A DNA stretch of 64,000 nt from IMG/VR virus record IMGVR_UViG_3300038336_000025. One strand, given 5' to 3'. The notes under the pieces are model-generated. The model saw nothing but the letters and a program-made list of their open reading frames with translations. It searched no databases and was not told the DNA's origin. Shown piece after piece: positions 1 through 8,616 of this stretch. Each line of letters opens with the position of its first letter. Position 1 is the first letter of the stretch. Source of the DNA: a virus. The translations under genes were made by a program, and so were the position numbers.

Positions 1-120
1 TATTTAATGCTATTTAATGCTATTTAATGCTATTTAATGCTATTTAATGCTATTTAATGCTATTTAATGCTATTTAATGCTATTTAATGCTATTTAATGC
101 TATTTAATGCTATTTAATGC
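1..120. repeat. Perfect tandem array, 12 x TATTTAATGC (10-bp unit), starting at the window edge
   Basis: Read directly: 1-120 is 12 identical 10-mers; the array may continue upstream of the window. Confidence 0.95.
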
Positions 121-200
121 TATTTAACATGACTTAACACAACTAATCACGACTTAGCACTATTTAATGCTACTCTGCACAACTAAGCACTATTCTAGGA
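121..200. repeat. Eight degenerate 10-bp-phased units continuing the array
   Basis: TATTTAACAT GACTTAACAC AACTAATCAC GACTTAGCAC TATTTAATGC TACTCTGCAC AACTAAGCAC TATTCTAGGA; period kept, sequence decays. Confidence 0.8.
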
Positions 201-472
201 TGATATACAAAACAACAAATTTGTAAAGCCCTTATTCTAGCCTTATTCTAAGCTGATTGTACAAATTAGCTTATTCTAATATACCTTATTCTAGGATTAT
301 TCTGTACGTTTTTTTGTCCAACCGTTGTACCATTATTCTAGGCTTATTCTACCGTTATTCTATGTTTTTATTTTACCTTATTCTAATATCGGCTTATTCT
401 AGGCTTATTTTTGTACATTCTATGCTTTTATTTTGTAATTGCCTTTATTCTAATCAGGTTATTCTAATTCTA
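192..472 (+). repeat. Iteron-like array of TTATTCTA, all in one orientation
   Basis: Exact copies start at 232,243,271,286,333,344,355,378,394,445,459; variants at 192,297,405,466; many neighbours are 11 bp apart. Confidence 0.85.
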
Positions 473-585
473 ATTGTTTAATTTTTGAACAGCAAAAGTG
501 TGCAATTTTTATACAGACTGTGCAATAAATGAGCAAAAATTGTTCAATTTTTAAACATATTTAAAATAAGGTTAACAAGCGTTAA

Positions 586-629
586 CATGCTTAAAACGCG
601 CTTATAATGCAGATTTAAGCATGTTTTTT
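586..629. other. 10-bp-stem hairpin (CATGCTTAAA/TTTAAGCATG) followed by T6A6; TATAAT in the loop
   Basis: Inverted repeat 586-595/614-623 read directly; T-run then A-run gives a bidirectional terminator-like look. Confidence 0.5.
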
Positions 630-1330
630 AAAAAAGATTATTTTTGGTACGATTGTTGCTATTATAAAGGCAAGCCATATTAGGACAATCCCAAACATGG
701 CAAGGCAAAAATACAAATTTTTAAATTTGTAAAAGCCTATCGGATTGAGTCGCTGGTACAATAGAGTTGTATAGCCTGATAAGCTAACTTAAACTTAAAA
801 AGTACTCGGGAACGTTTCAGGACGTTTTACAGCCAGCGTGGTACACAGACAGATGTACCGATGTTCAATCCTGAAAGTACGGGAGATGTACAAGCTTAAT
901 AAGCACGGCAGTACAGACTCACGGCAATTGTAAAACAGGCTGACAAAATAGCCGGTACGAGAAGTACCGATTTTGTAACAGGGTTTCAATTCGCTGTGAG
1001 TACATGATCAGGTTAACTGATTGTACGGTGAGGGATGAACGGATTGTACATTATCTCGCAGTTTCCTGAAGTACCTAGTCCATCGGATAGAAGGATACAA
1101 AAAGCATATAGAATAAATTGAATATGCAATTTTGTATTCGACAATAGGTACGAGTCGTACGACGAAACATTGTACATGGATTGCGAACGCTGTTGATGTA
1201 CAATGTGACTCTATAACGATTGAAGATACTTCAGATAATTCTGACGGTTTATACCAGACATGAACAAGCTATTCTAGCTTGAATACAATCTGGAATTGCA
1301 CCGGTACAAGCAAACAACAAAGTGAAGAAA

Positions 1331-1431
1331 GCCGGTACTTGTCTGATATCTAATCAGACAAGTACCGGCTTTTCCTATGTACAACGAGCAAGTTTATTTG
1401 CTTGAAATGTTATTTTTATGGAGAAATGTAA
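1331..1431 (+). promoter_or_regulatory. Early cassette A: terminator hairpin + T-run, TATGTA box, second hairpin, SD
   Basis: 17-bp stem GCCGGTACTTGTCTGAT/ATCAGACAAGTACCGGC; TTTTCCTATGTA (TATGTA 1376-1381); hairpin GAGCAA..TTGCTT; GGAG before ATG 1432. Confidence 0.7.
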
Positions 1432-1788
1432 ATGAAGACTTCAAAAATGATCGCAACTATGGCAATAAATGAAGTACGTGCCGCACATGAAATGTACGAA
1501 GCTCTGCTTGCCAGAGAGTACAACTTCACAGAATTGATTGCCGATATCGCAATGGAAATGAATTGTGATATCATAAATACAATTCATGCTGTGAAAAGTA
1601 CAGAAGTTGAATTCGACATGTGCAAGTACCATGAACGCTTCGACAATCTGCTGTACAAGGTTCATTCAATCCTGATGATTGCTGGGTACATCGACAGATC
1701 AGATGTAGAAGAGATGATAAGCAATATCGAAAACCAGTTTATCAAATCTATCGACAATCTGGTCGAAGAATACATGAAACCAGAATAA
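1432..1788 (+). CDS. Hypothetical early protein (118 aa)
   Basis: ORF track; GGAG SD; bracketed by cassettes A and B. Confidence 0.7.
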   Translation: MKTSKMIATMAINEVRAAHEMYEALLAREYNFTELIADIAMEMNCDIINTIHAVKSTEVEFDMCKYHERFDNLLYKVHSILMIAGYIDRSDVEEMISNIENQFIKSIDNLVEEYMKPE

Positions 1789-1799
1789 CGAAATACACA

Positions 1800-1882
1800 G
1801 CCGGTACCTAACAAGGTACCGGCGTTTTCTTATGTATATGAAGCTAATTAAATTGCTTCAAATTTATCTATGGAGTACAACC
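1800..1882 (+). promoter_or_regulatory. Early cassette B
   Basis: Stem GCCGGTACC/GGTACCGGC; TTTTCTTATGTA (1831-1836); hairpin GAAGC..GCTTC; GGAG before ATG 1883. Confidence 0.7.
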
Positions 1883-2146
1883 ATGAAAAAGATTATCACT
1901 TACCTCAAGCGTTCTAATGTACCAATGATCATCGACCACGAACTTGAATGCAATACATTCCAGTCCACAACAATCACCATTACAAACAAGAAGAAAACAG
2001 CTATCCTCACAAGGTCGTTGTTTACAATGGGAGATATCGAGGTAAGCATTGAAACACCACGTTCTGGAAAGTACGCGTGTAAACAGTTCAACTCTGAGCA
2101 GAAAGCATTGAACTACCTCTTCACTGAAGGGGTATTCCAGCCATGA
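1883..2146 (+). CDS. Hypothetical early protein (87 aa); start moved to the ATG after the SD
   Basis: Track ORF 1832-2146 begins inside the TATGTA box; ATG 1883 follows GGAGTACAACC. Confidence 0.65.
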   Translation: MKKIITYLKRSNVPMIIDHELECNTFQSTTITITNKKKTAILTRSLFTMGDIEVSIETPRSGKYACKQFNSEQKALNYLFTEGVFQP

Positions 2147-2235
2147 CAACAACACAACTTTACATAACATCAATTGTTGTCATATATTACATTCCGATTA
2201 TTATATCGGTTTTCTTTATAAAATACCATCGCTGA
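2143..2235 (+). CDS. 30-aa single-pass membrane peptide (MTTTQLYITSIVVIYYIPIIISVFFIKYHR)
   Basis: Translated by hand; ATGA start/stop overlap with the upstream gene; below the ORF-track length cut-off. Confidence 0.45.
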   Translation: MTTTQLYITSIVVIYYIPIIISVFFIKYHR

Positions 2236-2242
2236 TGTAAAC

Positions 2243-2324
2243 GCCGGGTACCAGTTCAGGCTGGTACCCGGCTTTCTTTATGTACAGGCGGTTTACGTCT
2301 GAAATAAATTAAGGAGTTTTTCAA
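2243..2324 (+). promoter_or_regulatory. Early cassette C
   Basis: Stem GCCGGGTACCAG/CTGGTACCCGGC; TTTCTTTATGTA (2279-2284); hairpin CAGGCG..CGTCTG; AAGGAG before ATG 2325. Confidence 0.7.
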
Positions 2325-3326
2325 ATGAAAAACACAGATTACATGTTCGAAGCAAAAGACAAGGATGGAAATACAATCGACTGCATCGGGTACATCTTCG
2401 CAATCGAGCTTCAGCGTAAGCTCTTCGACGTTGAAGAAGTAAAACGTGCAGCAACCGATAAAGGAATACCAACCAAGGTATTCAAGGATATCAAAAAGAG
2501 AACAGCGTTTACACAGGCGATCACTGCCATGACTAATCACATGAAGAAACGCGGATACGTTATCCACAAGGTATCTGATGATGCAAGTTCGGTTGTCTAC
2601 GCGGTCGATAAAAAGATCGTAAAAGACAAGGAATTGAACATGATCGCTTCTGATACAAACACTGAAACAACCGTGAATACTGACGCAGCAGAATATGAAA
2701 CAATTGCTAACTTCATTTACGACGTTGGAAATGATCGTGTATTGGCTGATTCACAGGATAGGCTTAAAGAGCTTGTTGCTGTACTCAACCTTTACATCAA
2801 CAGCTACACCAAGAATACATTCCGCATGAAGGTAAACGATATTATCGACTCGCTTGGTGACTGTATTGCATGGCGTCAGAAAGGCGGCGTGTATTTCGTT
2901 CCTGCAAAACACAAAAAAGCGTTGTTTGATGTTATCGAAATGGTAACTGCACTCGATGCTGGAAGCCGTGTAAAGCTTGGTGAAGTGCCAAATCTGACTC
3001 ATAGTAAGCAGGCTGTTGCAATGGCAGTAACTGAAGAGATTGGCAAAGAGGTAAAGCTTGTGAAAGAAAACCTTTCCAAGCTGTATAACTCTGGCGACCT
3101 CGACAACAAAGATATTGTAAATATCATAACAAAGCTTTCCAAACAGATACGCATAGTTGAAGAGTACCAGATACTCACTGAACGTACAATGGATGATAGC
3201 ATGAAGATCATTCAGGAAGTACAAGAATTGAGTAGAGAATTCCTAATGACCGGCAAGATTGTAAAGCCGATCATCGAAGAAGCTAAGATCGACGACGAGG
3301 TAGCCGATATACTGGCAGACCTTTAA
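2325..3326 (+). CDS. Hypothetical protein (333 aa), acidic-Leu C-terminal tail
   Basis: ORF track; AAGGAG SD; own cassette; no motif I can name. Confidence 0.75.
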   Translation: MKNTDYMFEAKDKDGNTIDCIGYIFAIELQRKLFDVEEVKRAATDKGIPTKVFKDIKKRTAFTQAITAMTNHMKKRGYVIHKVSDDASSVVYAVDKKIVKDKELNMIASDTNTETTVNTDAAEYETIANFIYDVGNDRVLADSQDRLKELVAVLNLYINSYTKNTFRMKVNDIIDSLGDCIAWRQKGGVYFVPAKHKKALFDVIEMVTALDAGSRVKLGEVPNLTHSKQAVAMAVTEEIGKEVKLVKENLSKLYNSGDLDNKDIVNIITKLSKQIRIVEEYQILTERTMDDSMKIIQEVQELSREFLMTGKIVKPIIEEAKIDDEVADILADL

Positions 3327-3341
3327 TCGTCAGATTACAAC

Positions 3342-3425
3342 GCCGGTACCTAACAAGGTACCGGCGTTTTTCTATGTATGAACGATGTTTAATTTATCGT
3401 TCAAATAAAAACAGGAGAAGTTACA
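3342..3425 (+). promoter_or_regulatory. Early cassette D
   Basis: Stem GCCGGTACC/GGTACCGGC; TTTTTCTATGTA (3373-3378); hairpin GAACGAT..ATCGTTC (3380-3402); AGGAG before ATG 3426. Confidence 0.7.
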
Positions 3426-4568
3426 ATGAAACTTCAAAACAAGTTTACAGACCTTGAAAAACAGGTCAATCAAGCGGTACTCGAAAGAGAAGACGTAATT
3501 CACCACATTATCCTTTCTTGCCTTGCGAAGCAGCACATTTTCTTGCTTGGTAAGCCGGGAGTTGGCAAATCATATATGGCGAAGAAATTCACCGAAGCAT
3601 TTGATTACATCGGTTCCGATGGATCACAGCCGTATTTCCAGATGCAAATGTCTGGCGGTACAGAAAAGTCTGAAATTTTTGGGCAGGTAAGTTTAACCAA
3701 ACTCAAAAATGATGTATTGTGGTATGAATCAGATTCGTATCTACCTAACGCAAGAATTTTCCTGCTCGATGAAATTACAAGAGCAAATAAACTTGCTCTG
3801 GACTCAGTACTTGAGCCAATCAATGAACGCACTTACAAAAACGGTGGTAAGGTGCATAAGACTCCGATTGAATTTGGCTTTGCTACAAGCAATTTCAAAT
3901 TCAACAGCGAACATTTTACCGCGCTGGCAGACAGATTTGTAAGCTGGTTCGAAATTGAGTCTCTCAGTAACGAAGGAAGAAGTTTGCTTCGACGTAAAAA
4001 GTTGAACAAAATGGCGATCACGATCAAGTTTACAGAAGTGGAATTAAAACAGGCCAGAACTGAAGCAATGGTAGTTACACTTTCTGATAAAGCTGATGAT
4101 CTAATCGGCGAAATCAGAGATGCACTTCAATCAGAACATGGTATTGAAATCAGTGACCGTAAAGAAGAAGCTCTTTGTGATCTTGTAAGAGCTGAAGCAT
4201 GGTTCAATGGTAGAACAGAAGCAATCGAAGAAGATGTATTGGCATCTATTCCTTGTTTCTGGATCGACCCGGCACATAAACCGATTGTTACAAAGCTGAT
4301 TCGTAGACTGTGCAATCCTCAGCTTGAAGTAATCGAAGAAACCAAGCTCAATGCTCTTACACTTCTGAGTAATAGCAAAGAGCAACCGACCGCTTACCCG
4401 CTTGAAGATGTAAGCGACCAGCTTAAAAGCTTTATGAAGTCTTTACAGGCAATCAATCCTACGCCAAAAAACAAGGATGTTTACGACAAGGCATTGATAA
4501 CAGTAAAGAAGCTTCAGGAAGCTGTGGCTGAATTGTTACTCGTGAAGATGAAGAAGGTGACTCAGTAA
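3426..4568 (+). CDS. MoxR-like AAA+ ATPase
   Basis: Walker A LLGKPGVGKS, Walker B IFLLDEITRAN; adjacent vWA partner. Confidence 0.8.
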   Translation: MKLQNKFTDLEKQVNQAVLEREDVIHHIILSCLAKQHIFLLGKPGVGKSYMAKKFTEAFDYIGSDGSQPYFQMQMSGGTEKSEIFGQVSLTKLKNDVLWYESDSYLPNARIFLLDEITRANKLALDSVLEPINERTYKNGGKVHKTPIEFGFATSNFKFNSEHFTALADRFVSWFEIESLSNEGRSLLRRKKLNKMAITIKFTEVELKQARTEAMVVTLSDKADDLIGEIRDALQSEHGIEISDRKEEALCDLVRAEAWFNGRTEAIEEDVLASIPCFWIDPAHKPIVTKLIRRLCNPQLEVIEETKLNALTLLSNSKEQPTAYPLEDVSDQLKSFMKSLQAINPTPKNKDVYDKALITVKKLQEAVAELLLVKMKKVTQ

Positions 4569-4574
4569 TACAAC

Positions 4575-4657
4575 GCCGGTACCTAACAAGGTACCGGCGT
4601 TTTCGTATGTAGAAGCAAGTTTAAAATGCTTTAAATCAATTAGAAAGGGGTAATACA
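4575..4657 (+). promoter_or_regulatory. Early cassette E
   Basis: Stem GCCGGTACC/GGTACCGGC; TTTTCGTATGTA (4606-4611); hairpin AAGCA..TGCTT; purine-rich SD before ATG 4658. Confidence 0.7.
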
Positions 4658-5953
4658 ATGGAAACCGTCATGCGTACAAAGCGTGAAAACGAATTCATTG
4701 AAAACCAAATCGAGCAGGATACCCAGTATGCAAACTGGGTAGACTATCGAGAATCACATTTCGGTAACTACAGAGAAGAATTTGGTGATATCTACACTTA
4801 CATGAACAAGAAGCATCCACAGTTCACAGATACACCAAATGCGTTAATGAAGACTTTCCTTGAAAGTAAAAAAGAGGATATCGAGAAGATCAAATCCTCA
4901 ACTACAGGGAAGTCGATGCAGTCTTACATGTCATCGAAGCGGCTCATGTATCTCTATGAAGATGTACTTGAGAAAACGCTGGAAGATTGTAAGAAGAAAG
5001 ACCCTGATTTTAACAACAAGAATCAGGAAGATCAGTTACAGTCTATGAATGAACTTGTAACTAAGTCTCCGCTGAAGGTTAAAATCCGCGTAAACCAGAA
5101 ACTTGAAGAAGTAAAAGACGAAATTGAAGAAGAACTCAATACACTTCAGGTAATTGGTTGTGGTGGCAATGCTGGTAAAGAAGAGAGCATCGACCGTGAA
5201 CGAGCTTTACAATTTCTTCAGATGATGAAGAAAAACTCAATGGTAAAGAAGATCATGGAACAGGCCGGTAAATTCATTAACACAGCGAAACATAAGATTA
5301 TGACTCGCTGCAAAGGTAATGAAGATGTTATCGGTGTAGAACTAGGAGATGATCTTCAGCGCATTTTACCAACTGAGATTGCTCAACTGGCATTACCTGA
5401 GTTTGAATTCTTACAGACTCTTAAATTCGTACAAAAGGAAGTGCCTCAGTATGAAAAAGAGTCTGGTGAGAGTAAAACGATTGGTGATATCGTTGTAGCT
5501 CTTGATGAGTCTGGCAGTATGAAAATAGATGACAACATCGTAAAAGCCAAAGCATTGCTTTTCGGTATCATGGAACAGGCAAAACATGATAACCGAAAGG
5601 TACAGCTGGTTGGTTTCGGTGGTAAAACAGAACACTATCTGATTAAAGATTTAACAATGGAAAAATTGTTAGATGTAATCAGCGTGTTCAAGAACTATGG
5701 TGATACCTGCTTTGAATATCCACTCTCTACAGCGATTGAGATGTGTGGTAAGTACAGCGATGTGATATTTATCACCGATGGTTACGCGCCGATAAGTGAA
5801 CGACTCAAGGCTGATGTAGAAGCTGCAAAGGAAAATCTGAATGTTAAGATAATTACAATGCAGTTTGGTTGTGTGTGTAATGAAGACCTTGAGAAGTTAA
5901 GCTCAAGCTTCAATACAACGTGGTCGCTGTTCACTGACAAGGCACTGAGATGA
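4658..5953 (+). CDS. von Willebrand factor A (vWA) domain protein
   Basis: MIDAS motif VVALDESGSM and downstream FITDG in the C-terminal half; follows the MoxR gene. Confidence 0.75.
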   Translation: METVMRTKRENEFIENQIEQDTQYANWVDYRESHFGNYREEFGDIYTYMNKKHPQFTDTPNALMKTFLESKKEDIEKIKSSTTGKSMQSYMSSKRLMYLYEDVLEKTLEDCKKKDPDFNNKNQEDQLQSMNELVTKSPLKVKIRVNQKLEEVKDEIEEELNTLQVIGCGGNAGKEESIDRERALQFLQMMKKNSMVKKIMEQAGKFINTAKHKIMTRCKGNEDVIGVELGDDLQRILPTEIAQLALPEFEFLQTLKFVQKEVPQYEKESGESKTIGDIVVALDESGSMKIDDNIVKAKALLFGIMEQAKHDNRKVQLVGFGGKTEHYLIKDLTMEKLLDVISVFKNYGDTCFEYPLSTAIEMCGKYSDVIFITDGYAPISERLKADVEAAKENLNVKIITMQFGCVCNEDLEKLSSSFNTTWSLFTDKALR

Positions 5954-5960
5954 TACAACT

Positions 5961-6042
5961 GACTGGAAGCGCGAAGCTTCCAGTCTTTTCGTATGTAGAA
6001 GCAAGTTTAATTTGCTTCAAATTTATTTAATGGAGTGTAAAT
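5961..6042 (+). promoter_or_regulatory. Early cassette F
   Basis: Stem GACTGGAAGC/GCTTCCAGTC; TTTTCGTATGTA (5992-5997); hairpin GAAGCAA..TTGCTTC (5998-6018); TTATTTAATGGAG before ATG 6043. Confidence 0.75.
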
Positions 6043-6339
6043 ATGAGTAACGAATTCGACTATAACTACAAAGAGCGTGAAATTATCAACTATGTACAGG
6101 AAGCAGTTTTACAGGAAGCAAACGTACCGATTGATAAATATTATTCAGCAATCGGTAATCTCGTTATGTGGGCAGCACATCATCCAAACTACAAGCTGCT
6201 TGTAATAGCACATGATCGTCTATGTGGTGATCTTATCGCCAACTACTACCCATCAAGAGAATCACTCAATCAGCGACCAGCGTATCAGCGTGGTGCTATC
6301 TGGCACAAAGATACCCAAGAATACAGCTTTCATTCATAA
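6043..6339 (+). CDS. Hypothetical protein (98 aa)
   Basis: ORF track; SD GGAG; cassette F upstream. Confidence 0.65.
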   Translation: MSNEFDYNYKEREIINYVQEAVLQEANVPIDKYYSAIGNLVMWAAHHPNYKLLVIAHDRLCGDLIANYYPSRESLNQRPAYQRGAIWHKDTQEYSFHS

Positions 6340-6350
6340 GGAGAAAATAA

Positions 6351-6641
6351 ATGTATTCAATTGATAAAATAACATTTGAAGGTGAATACCCAGATGGTAG
6401 AACACACTACCAAGATGTATTACATGATGGTAAATGTGTAGCAGCAATAGGACACCGACAATCTGGTTTATTAAAACCTGTTGAAATTTGGTGTCAAAAA
6501 CTTGTTCCTGATACAGAAATACCAAAATTGAAAGATCATTACATATCTGAAGACCCCGGATATGTATTTGCTGTATTTAAAGAAATGAATGATGATCTTG
6601 GTTTAACAGCACTTATCGAATACTTAAATAGAAAGGATTGA
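6351..6641 (+). CDS. Hypothetical protein (96 aa)
   Basis: ORF track; AAGGAG SD. Confidence 0.65.
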   Translation: MYSIDKITFEGEYPDGRTHYQDVLHDGKCVAAIGHRQSGLLKPVEIWCQKLVPDTEIPKLKDHYISEDPGYVFAVFKEMNDDLGLTALIEYLNRKD

Positions 6642-6652
6642 TTTACAAAAGA

Positions 6653-6737
6653 CCTACCAGTCAAAAGCTGGTAGGTATTTTCGTATGTAGAAGCAGCTTA
6701 TTTTCTGCTTTAATAAATTCATCAGGAGGTAATCATA
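6653..6737 (+). promoter_or_regulatory. Early cassette G
   Basis: Stem CCTACCAG/CTGGTAGG; TTTTCGTATGTA (6684-6689); hairpin AAGCAG..CTGCTT (compensatory change); AGGAGG before ATG 6738. Confidence 0.75.
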
Positions 6738-7073
6738 ATGATTATCAACGAAACAAAGATAGTAATCGACAGTGACAACAATTCAACTACCAACAACGGT
6801 GTTTCATATGCTCTTTACAAGAGACTTAAAAAGTCTGCAAGATTTGTTGGTCTTACAGAAGATCAACATCTTGTAATCGTCACAACAACAGACAAGATAT
6901 TGATTGGTGGACGCAACATTCACCGTGGTAAAGCAGTCGAGTTGTCGGAGAACGTGGTAATGTTCGACGGGGACAGTTATGATTACAACAAGAAAAACAA
7001 ATCAGTTATGGTTGTCAGGAAGGACAAATACAGATTTGAAAAAGCGGAGCTTTACATTCCTCTTGAAGCATGA
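6738..7073 (+). CDS. Hypothetical protein (111 aa)
   Basis: ORF track; AGGAGG SD; cassette G upstream. Confidence 0.65.
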   Translation: MIINETKIVIDSDNNSTTNNGVSYALYKRLKKSARFVGLTEDQHLVIVTTTDKILIGGRNIHRGKAVELSENVVMFDGDSYDYNKKNKSVMVVRKDKYRFEKAELYIPLEA

Positions 7074-7083
7074 TTTTACAAAG

Positions 7084-7166
7084 CCTACCAGTCAAAAGCT
7101 GGTAGGTCTTTTCGTATGTAGAAGCAAGTTAAATTGCTATCAAATTTATTTAATGGAGTTGTAACC
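7084..7166 (+). promoter_or_regulatory. Early cassette H
   Basis: Stem CCTACCAG/CTGGTAGG; TTTTCGTATGTA (7115-7120); hairpin AGCAA..TTGCT; TTATTTAATGGAG before ATG 7167. Confidence 0.75.
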
Positions 7167-7793
7167 ATGAGAACTATTCAACCAGAAACTTTCAACGTGT
7201 ACACAATAGACGAGCTTACAGACGAGAAAGCAAAGAAGAAAGCAATAGAATTCTGTAAAGAAGATGCTACAAGTGATGAGTTGTTGTTTGAAATGGTAAT
7301 TGATGAAGCGACAGAACAGCTTACAAGAATGGGGTTCTATGATCCCAAGATTTACTACAGCTGCTCTTACAGTCAGGGTGATGGTGCTTGCTTTGTAGCA
7401 GATAGAATGTGCCACTTCGATAAGCTGTTACCAGCACTCAAAAGATTATTCAATAAACAGCAATGGAAAGCATTGAGAAAGATACATCGTTCTGGTATGG
7501 AACTTGAGCTTTCACTACACCATCACGGTAATTACTACCATGAGAATTCTGTATCAGTGTCGTTGGATATCACAGATCATTACATACAGAAATTTGTCGG
7601 AGACAAACACGTTACAGAATATCTCATTGAGATTGAAAATGTAATATCTGATTGGTATAAAGACATCTCTCGTTCTATTTACAAAAAACTCTGTGCGGAA
7701 ATTGAATACTACTGGAAAGACGAAAATTGTATTCAATATGCCAAAGACAGAGAATTTGAATTTACCGAGAATGGTAAACTTTATCAGGATTGA
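7167..7793 (+). CDS. Hypothetical protein (208 aa), contains YSCSYSQGDGACF motif
   Basis: Track ORF 7134-7793 trimmed to the ATG after GGAGTTGTAACC. Confidence 0.7.
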   Translation: MRTIQPETFNVYTIDELTDEKAKKKAIEFCKEDATSDELLFEMVIDEATEQLTRMGFYDPKIYYSCSYSQGDGACFVADRMCHFDKLLPALKRLFNKQQWKALRKIHRSGMELELSLHHHGNYYHENSVSVSLDITDHYIQKFVGDKHVTEYLIEIENVISDWYKDISRSIYKKLCAEIEYYWKDENCIQYAKDREFEFTENGKLYQD

Positions 7794-7802
7794 ATGTAAC
7801 AA

Positions 7803-7884
7803 AGAGCTACCAGTCAAAAGCTGGTAGCTCTTTTCTAATGTAGAAGCAAGTTAAATTTGCTTTAAATCTTATTAGGAGTTGTAT
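7803..7884 (+). promoter_or_regulatory. Early cassette I
   Basis: Stem AGAGCTACCAG/CTGGTAGCTCT; TTTTCTAATGTA variant box; hairpin AAGCAA..TTGCTT; AGGAG before ATG 7885. Confidence 0.7.
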
Positions 7885-8097
7885 ATGAAAACGTATAAAC
7901 AGAGGATGGATCGTATTTTAAAGAACAACAAACGACAACAACTGAAAACGAAAAATCGTATGAAATGGTTGTGGAACCTTATTTACAGCAATATTCGTAA
8001 AAACAAAGGCTTGAAAAAAGAACACTTTGCAGAAAATCCAACTGTAAGAAAACTTGGTGTCCTTGCCAATAGAATTTACATAAGGAGATCATTATGA
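7885..8097 (+). CDS. Small very basic protein (70 aa)
   Basis: Track ORF starts at TTG 7879; ATG 7885 follows AGGAG. Confidence 0.6.
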   Translation: MKTYKQRMDRILKNNKRQQLKTKNRMKWLWNLIYSNIRKNKGLKKEHFAENPTVRKLGVLANRIYIRRSL

Positions 8098-8288
8098 AGT
8101 ACGCCTTAGTCAATCATGGTAATGGAGAAGGTTGGGTTTGTATGGCATTTGAAAACAAGGCAGAACTGCTTTCTTACTGCCAGAGCTATCATTACCAGCC
8201 GATATCGGCCAGAGAATCGAAAAAACACAGCGATGTAAAGATTGTTCGTTCTTTTGGTTCTGGTAATGATAAATGTTGGAAATGGTAA
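8094..8288 (+). CDS. Hypothetical protein (64 aa)
   Basis: ORF track; ATGA overlap with the upstream gene. Confidence 0.6.
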   Translation: MKYALVNHGNGEGWVCMAFENKAELLSYCQSYHYQPISARESKKHSDVKIVRSFGSGNDKCWKW

Positions 8289-8302
8289 AGGAGAAGTAAA
8301 TC

Positions 8303-8602
8303 ATGTTAGAAATTACAGGAAGAAACTATCAAAATTGCGGTAAAAGTCCTGCTGGTTCTCCCATACCAGAAACAATCAGACTGGTTGTTGATGGTTACAA
8401 ACGCGAACCTCTCTGGTTTCACAAAAAGAACCTTATGCAAACAGCTACAGGTTATGGTGGACGGCTTGTTACAGAACACATGATATGTATTGGAAAACGA
8501 TGGCACCGTGTTTACTGTGCATGTTTTTCAAACTCTGGAACTAACTACATTATCAAGAATGGTAAACACATTGTTATCGACCTTGATGACGTTGTTTGCT
8601 AA
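8303..8602 (+). CDS. Hypothetical protein (99 aa)
   Basis: ORF track; AAGGAG SD. Confidence 0.65.
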   Translation: MLEITGRNYQNCGKSPAGSPIPETIRLVVDGYKREPLWFHKKNLMQTATGYGGRLVTEHMICIGKRWHRVYCACFSNSGTNYIIKNGKHIVIDLDDVVC

Positions 8603-8616
8603 CTGGATGTAAACTT

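Noticed and set aside
1-200. Tandem repeats at the window start as a possible CRISPR array
   Set aside because: The unit is only 10 bp with no spacers between copies, and no cas genes are present. It is a simple tandem array.
257-481. Track ORF (74 aa, +) across the TTATTCTA iterons
   Set aside because: Its sequence is a translation of the repeat array (repetitive L/I/Y/S-rich text). It has no SD and lies in a region best explained as iterons.
795-989. Track ORF (64 aa, -) in the GTAC-rich leader
   Set aside because: It has no SD or start context, lies on the strand opposite to all neighbouring genes, and sits in a hairpin-rich non-coding stretch.
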